Shown: positions 8,188-12,334 of the stretch, in pieces
How the letters are laid out: every line of letters starts with the position of its first letter
How positions within the stretch are numbered: the stretch's first letter is position 1
DNA from: Campylobacterales bacterium
GTDB lineage: Bacteria > Campylobacterota > Campylobacteria > Campylobacterales > Sulfurimonadaceae
DNA length: 12,334 nucleotides
Direction: 5' to 3'
NCBI GenBank assembly: GCA_038205935.1
Contig: JBBRBK010000057.1
Location: forward strand, 1 to 12,334
Notes under the pieces: generated by a model
Databases searched by the model: none
Seen by the model: only the letters and a program-made list of their open reading frames with translations
Told to the model about the DNA's origin: nothing
Program-made: the position numbers and the translations under genes

Positions 8188-9612
8188 ATGAAAATATTAA
8201 AGAAAAGTGTCATTTTAAGTTTGGTTGCTATGAGTAGCCTGCACGCGGCCGATAGTTTATCGACTGCATTTAGCGAAGGTAAGGCAAGTGGACAGCTTAG
8301 AGCTTACTATATGGATGAGGACAACCAAGCGGGTCTTCAAGATTATTACGGCCTTGCAGTAGGCGGTAAATTAAAATATGAGACAGCTCCACTGTTCGGA
8401 TTTAAAGCAGGAGTCGCTTTTTATACGACAAATTTTATCAATGACAATGTAAGTTCTACAAATATAGAACCAACAGCAGGTAAAGGGTCTCGATATGTTG
8501 CAGGACTAGTGGATGCAGAAAATCAAAACAATAATAATATTACCAATATAGGAGAACTGTATCTTAACTATAAAAAGTCTAAAACAGAGGTTACATTCGG
8601 ACGTATGAAATTAAATACACCGTTTATAAATCCTGAAGATGGACGTATGATACCTACTTTGGAACAGGGAGTATGGTTTAAAAGTGCCGATATCAAAGAC
8701 TTTGTTCTTCAAGCAGGTTTCATTAATGCTTTTTGGAATAGAAGCACTTCAAGCTGGAAAGGTGCAGCAGACTCTTTAGGATATGGATACCTACAAGGGA
8801 AAGCATCTCTTCCAGGAAGTACGAATGCTAACTACAAAGGTCATACGAGCACTGATGGGGTTTATGTAGCATCTGCGGAATATAGTGGACTTACTAACAC
8901 CAAGTTAGCTGTTTGGGACTACTATGTTGAGAATATTTTCAATACTATTTATCTACAAGGTGATTATGAGAAAAAAGTCGATAAGTTCAAATTTATCGCA
9001 GCAGCGCAGTATGTAGGACAGCAAGAAGTCGGAGATGGTGGAAATGGCGCTGATAATATAGCTAACCCGACTGCAGCTCAGAAGGCAGAATCGTACATGC
9101 TAAAGGGTGAAAAAAGTAATACTTATGGAGCAAAAGTTGGAGCAGGATACGATAGTACGTTACTTACTTTAGCTGTGAGTAAAACTACAGATGAGGGAAG
9201 ATTCCTCTTTCCTAGAGAGTGGGGTAAAGAACCGTTGTTTACATTTCAAAAAAGAGAGAGAAGCGATGGAAGTGGAGACACTAGTGCTTGGTTGCTAACA
9301 CTAGATCAAGACTTTAAAGTGATAGGATTAAACGGACTTTCTGCAACTCTAGGTTATGGCAGATACTATAAACCTGATGCCAAAAATTTTGTTTTAAATA
9401 AGTATGGTGTACCGAGCTATGCACAAACGAATTTAGATATATTCTATAAATTCAGCGGTTCATTAAAAGGCTTGAGTTTAGAGTATTTGTTTGCTAGAAA
9501 ATATGCACTTGGAAATACTTATCAAACATCAGCACTTAACACAGGTTCAGCTTTTGTATTTACAAAAAATGATATGAATATTCATAATTTTATTGTGAAC
9601 TACGACTTCTAG
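8188..9612 (+). CDS. OprD-like outer-membrane porin (Campylobacterota type)
   Basis: Signal peptide ending LHA-ADSL..AFSEGK.SGQLRAYY. GGKLKYETAP and GRMKLNTPF motifs, amphipathic beta-strands and a C-terminal Phe (VNYDF). It starts 12 nt after tsdA with an AGGA RBS. Confidence 0.85.
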   Translation: MKILKKSVILSLVAMSSLHAADSLSTAFSEGKASGQLRAYYMDEDNQAGLQDYYGLAVGGKLKYETAPLFGFKAGVAFYTTNFINDNVSSTNIEPTAGKGSRYVAGLVDAENQNNNNITNIGELYLNYKKSKTEVTFGRMKLNTPFINPEDGRMIPTLEQGVWFKSADIKDFVLQAGFINAFWNRSTSSWKGAADSLGYGYLQGKASLPGSTNANYKGHTSTDGVYVASAEYSGLTNTKLAVWDYYVENIFNTIYLQGDYEKKVDKFKFIAAAQYVGQQEVGDGGNGADNIANPTAAQKAESYMLKGEKSNTYGAKVGAGYDSTLLTLAVSKTTDEGRFLFPREWGKEPLFTFQKRERSDGSGDTSAWLLTLDQDFKVIGLNGLSATLGYGRYYKPDAKNFVLNKYGVPSYAQTNLDIFYKFSGSLKGLSLEYLFARKYALGNTYQTSALNTGSAFVFTKNDMNIHNFIVNYDF

Positions 9613-9706
9613 AAGATTTGAAAAAAGCATAGAATAGCAATTTTTGGATTGTATTATCTTTTCTAAAGAGTTATACTTTCCTAAAAAATTGTGAGGTCTA
9701 TTTGTT

Positions 9707-9805
9707 ATGGAAACATTAGAAGATTTACATAGCAACTACCGACAAATCGAAAAAGCAATTCGCTATATCGACGATAACTTCAAAGAACAATTTTCCAAGG
9801 CTTGA
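9707..9805 (+). pseudogene. Truncated 5' remnant of an AraC-HTH/O6-methylguanine methyltransferase (Ada/Ogt-type) gene
   Basis: Translates as METLEDLHSNYRQIEKAIRYIDDNFKEQFSKA*. It resembles the Y.rIekAI.YI..nfkeQPsL start of these proteins but breaks off where PSL is expected. It keeps a GAGG RBS (9693-9696) and a TATACT -10 box (9672-9677). Confidence 0.65.
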
Positions 9806-9962
9806 AGCAATAAAATGATTTTCTTTTAACAAGAACTTTTATAAATTTATATATAACACATCAAAAAAAAATCTTACATCTTGAACCTATATTTAAAACC
9901 AAAGCACTTTTTATTTTAAGGATGCTATAACATGGATTAAAGATTCTTTTAAGGAAGTTTTG

Positions 9963-10823
9963 ATGAAACGAATTATTAATATTTATACCGAAAATAAAAA
10001 CAGTGTTCAGTTCTACATTCGTGGTACAATGGAAAGTTTTCATCCGATAGTTAAAGATGAAAAAGATCTGCGACGTTTTTTTGAGTTTGAAAAAGCAGCT
10101 GAAATTATCTATTGTGTTGATGCAAATTTTATCCAGTCCACGCCAAGTTACGGCAACAGATATATGGATGATAACCGCGATGGTACGGACAAATCTTTTT
10201 ATTTTAAATGGGTAAGTTTTAAAGATGAGCCCATTCATGTAAGCAACCCATATCTTCATCACATCACTGGACTTCCAACGCTTACAGCGGTAAAATGCCA
10301 TAATAATGAGTACATTGTCGTAGACTTTGATATGCTAAAACTGCTTGAAGAACTTCGTCTCATCGAACATAACAGCACTTTTGAAAAAATCAATACATAC
10401 ATTATGGCAGGCGGCGGGATATTACTGGGCATAGTGTCTATATTTCTAATTCTTTACGGCGGATATATATTTTTAAATATGCTAGTTTCTCCAAAAACAG
10501 GAGAGATAGTTATGCATGAGATATTTACATCTGTCATCTCTATAACCATAGGACTTGCCATTTATGATCTGGCAAAGACTATCATAGAAAATGATGTGTT
10601 GTATAAAGCATTCAATTACGGGAACGATTTGGAAAACAGAACTCTTACGAAATTTCTGACATCTATCATAATTGCTTTGTCTATTGAGTCTATGATGGCA
10701 GTATTTAAAATTGTTTTGGATGACTATAGTAAGCTTATAAATGCGTTTTATCTTGTTTTAGGAGTAACACTGCTCATTGTAGGAACAGCTATTTTTAATA
10801 TGCTTTCTCGACAAAAAAAGTAG
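9963..10823 (+). CDS. PDC/Cache-like N-terminal domain fused to a ~4-TM membrane domain (Campylobacterota conserved protein, often loosely annotated 'general glycosylation pathway protein')
   Basis: N-terminal DKSFYF..VSNPYLHHITGLPTLT..VVDF (Cache-like). C-terminal GLAIYDLAKTIIENDVL and TLTKFLTSIIIALSIESMMAVFK TM motifs. ATG 9963 is spaced better from AAGGA (9951-9955) than TTG 9960. Confidence 0.75.
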   Translation: MKRIINIYTENKNSVQFYIRGTMESFHPIVKDEKDLRRFFEFEKAAEIIYCVDANFIQSTPSYGNRYMDDNRDGTDKSFYFKWVSFKDEPIHVSNPYLHHITGLPTLTAVKCHNNEYIVVDFDMLKLLEELRLIEHNSTFEKINTYIMAGGGILLGIVSIFLILYGGYIFLNMLVSPKTGEIVMHEIFTSVISITIGLAIYDLAKTIIENDVLYKAFNYGNDLENRTLTKFLTSIIIALSIESMMAVFKIVLDDYSKLINAFYLVLGVTLLIVGTAIFNMLSRQKK

Positions 10824-10841
10824 AGAAAGGGCTACCTTTCT
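10824..10841. terminator. Hairpin between convergent genes (probable bidirectional terminator)
   Basis: AGAAAGG-gcta-CCTTTCT forms a 7-bp stem that fills the 19-nt gap between two convergent stop codons. Confidence 0.5.
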
Positions 10842-10842
10842 T

Positions 10843-10989
10843 CTACAGTCTTCGCCCTTGAATGACACGAATCAAGATTACCACAACCGCAACGACCAAA
10901 AGAATATTTATAAATCCTCCCATTGTATATGAACTGACAAAACCTAAAACCCATAGGATTACTAAGATAATTGCAATAGTTTCGAGCAT
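10843..10989 (-). CDS. Small membrane protein, lmo0937 family (DUF5670)
   Basis: Manual translation gives MLETIAIILVILWVLGFVSSYTMGGFINILLVVAVVVILIRVIQGRRL* (48 aa): two hydrophobic helices, LW.LG..GG.I..LLV.A and a GRR tail. Strong AAGGAG RBS. Absent from the ORF track. Confidence 0.9.
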   Translation of the reverse strand: MLETIAIILVILWVLGFVSSYTMGGFINILLVVAVVVILIRVIQGRRL

Positions 10990-11065
10990 TTTATTTCTCC
11001 TTCTGCCAAATTTTGGCGAATCATAAATCTAGCAATACTTCGCCACCTAATATATATATCAAATT

Positions 11066-11071
11066 ATTATA
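11066..11071 (-). promoter_or_regulatory. -10 box (GcTATAAT) for the lmo0937-family gene
   Basis: Perfect TATAAT on the - strand, preceded by Gn, ~77 nt upstream of the ATG. Confidence 0.5.
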
Positions 11072-11105
11072 GCGCACTAAATGATCATAAGTAAAAAAAG
11101 GTATG

Positions 11106-11149
11106 AAAAGCTTTACTATTACTTATGTATCTTGTAGTAGTAAGCTTTT
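11106..11149 (-). terminator. Imperfect inverted repeat downstream of the HiPIP gene, candidate terminator
   Basis: AAAAGC-t-TTACTATTAC ... GTAGTAGTAA-GCTTTT forms a ~16-bp stem with one bulge and one mismatch, 40 nt after the stop. A T-run follows shortly on the - strand. Confidence 0.4.
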
Positions 11150-11188
11150 AAAGCAGGTAAAATAAATGATTAAAAAGTGCAGTTTTTA

Positions 11189-11443
11189 TTAACCGACTTT
11201 TTCCACTTTTTTAAAGTATAAACTACACCATCCATTAGGATTGATAGACCCTTCTACTAGTACGCACTGATTTACTTTAGGTAAAAAATGGTTGCATGTA
11301 GAACATTTTTGAGCATCATGAGGCTGTTCTTGATACTTTACTTTATCTTTTTGAGCTTTAGCGTACAACGGTGTAGCACTAAATGTGACTATGCCAAGTA
11401 AAGCCATATATCTAAAAAAACTTCTGCGCGATGAAACTTTCAT
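11189..11443 (-). CDS. High-potential iron-sulfur protein (HiPIP) with a Tat signal peptide
   Basis: SRRSFF twin-arginine motif, hydrophobic core and LYA cleavage site. Four Cys (C47, C50, C60, C73) in YQ..P...QKCSTCNHF...CVLVEGSINPNGWCSLY, the typical short-HiPIP pattern. GAGGAG RBS. Confidence 0.9.
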   Translation of the reverse strand: MKVSSRRSFFRYMALLGIVTFSATPLYAKAQKDKVKYQEQPHDAQKCSTCNHFLPKVNQCVLVEGSINPNGWCSLYFKKVEKVG

Positions 11444-11905
11444 AATAATCTCCTCTAAGAAAAATCGTTTAACGTAAAAAAACGCACCTAACGAGAGAAT
11501 AACACACTTTACAAGATAGTAACACAGTAAAACTTGTTTAACTATTACTTTTTATAATTACAAGATGGTTTGTATATTGAGACAAAAATACAAAGCTTCT
11601 ATTTTTATTTGAAAATAGAAGCAGTATGTACTCGAAGAAAAAGATGCCAAACTGACCGCACAAAAGATTATAAACCGAAAAAAGTGCGGTAGAAGATTAT
11701 TGATGAAAAGATGAAACAAACATTATATTTTAATTCTATAAAAGAGGTAAGCTTCTAAATATTAGCTTACATGTAAAAGATTTTATCATTTTGTTTTATA
11801 TATAGCATACGTTGAATAAATAGTTGACTTGGACGTTACAAAAATCTGAAGATAGATTAAAAAGTTAGTGAGATAAAATTATAATTTTTTTCTTAAGCCT
11901 CAAAA

Positions 11906-11914
11906 TGCTAAACT
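11906..11914 (+). promoter_or_regulatory. Extended -10 (TGcTAAACT) for the YbhB/YbcL gene
   Basis: TGn plus TAAACT lies 26 nt upstream of ATG 11941, with an AGGAG RBS at 11931-11935. Confidence 0.45.
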
Positions 11915-11940
11915 TGAAAAATTTTACAAAAGGAGTCACC

Positions 11941-12334
11941 ATGCGTTTTTTAGTTTTAGTGTTGTTTCTTTTAAACATCTCTTATGCGGGTAATTTTACT
12001 CTTATGAGCGATATCGGCGGCCAGTTGACCACGAAGCAGGTGCTCAATGGTTTTGGATGCAGTGGAGAAAATATGTCTCCCGCACTTGCTTGGAAAGATG
12101 CTCCAAAGGGCACTAAAAGCTTTGCGATAACTATCTATGATCCCGATGCACCCACTGGAAGCGGATGGTGGCACTGGATCGTGTATAATATTCCCGTAAC
12201 CGCTTCAAGCGTGTCTAACAATGCAAGTGCGTTAGGTATGCTTCCAAAAGACCTTTGGCATGGGGCGTCTCATTTCGGGCATTACTACCGATTGGCGGCT
12301 CTCGATTGCGCCGTCAACGGTGTTGAAGAAAGTC
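11941..12334 (+). CDS. Secreted YbhB/YbcL-family (PEBP / Raf kinase inhibitor-like) protein; 3' end incomplete, family similarity apparently lost after ~12250
   Basis: Manual translation gives MRFLVLVLFLLNISYA-GNFTL..NGFGCSGENMSPALAWKDAPKGTKSFAITIYDPDAPTGSGWWHWIVYNIP..LPK. The DPDAP..GWWHW motif is diagnostic. No stop codon before the window end. Confidence 0.9.
   Translation, partial: MRFLVLVLFLLNISYAGNFTLMSDIGGQLTTKQVLNGFGCSGENMSPALAWKDAPKGTKSFAITIYDPDAPTGSGWWHWIVYNIPVTASSVSNNASALGMLPKDLWHGASHFGHYYRLAALDCAVNGVEES

Noticed and set aside
9547..9735. 62-aa - strand ORF
   Set aside because: Overlaps the porin end and the ada-like stub; no recognisable motif.
9861..10301. 146-aa - strand ORF
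   Set aside because: Mostly antisense to the better-supported 9963-10823 gene.
11031..11045. Sigma54-like TGGC...TTGCT on the - strand
   Set aside because: GG-to-GC spacing is 9 nt rather than the required 10.
11288..11305. CSTCNH in the small - strand protein as a heme c site
   Set aside because: It is CxxCxH, not CxxCH; four Cys plus a Tat signal indicate a [4Fe-4S] HiPIP.
11971..12174. 67-aa - strand ORF
   Set aside because: Antisense to the clear YbhB/YbcL gene, which the ORF track omitted because it has no stop in the window.
1..12334. CRISPR arrays, tRNA/rRNA genes, transposases or integrases
   Set aside because: No repeat-spacer array, structural RNA signature or recombinase motif was seen on either strand.

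Overview
AT-rich bacterial DNA that looks like Campylobacterota (epsilonproteobacteria; Sulfuricurvum/Sulfurimonas/Sulfurospirillum-like). This is inferred from the IAHQWRQPL kinase H-box, the porin type and TGnTAnAnT promoter elements. On the + strand, in order: the 3' part of a DUF815 AAA+ ATPase, a PocR-PAS-GAF-GGDEF diguanylate cyclase, a PaaI thioesterase, an OmpR-family response regulator, a membrane sensor kinase, an MCP chemoreceptor, the diheme thiosulfate dehydrogenase/tetrathionate reductase TsdA, an OprD-like porin, a truncated ada-like remnant and a PDC-domain membrane protein. On the - strand: a 48-aa lmo0937-family membrane peptide missed by the ORF track, and a Tat-exported HiPIP. 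The window ends in a YbhB/YbcL (PEBP) gene whose last ~84 nt switch abruptly to unrelated, GC-richer sequence. Main candidate system: the MCP gene and tsdA share a near-identical tandem TCCCC(C)TTT direct repeat at the same distance from an extended -10 box. This suggests the adjacent two-component system co-activates a chemoreceptor, TsdA and a porin as a thiosulfate/tetrathionate sensing, chemotaxis, uptake and conversion module, with HiPIP as a possible electron partner. Family calls come from motif recognition by eye; no database searches were run.
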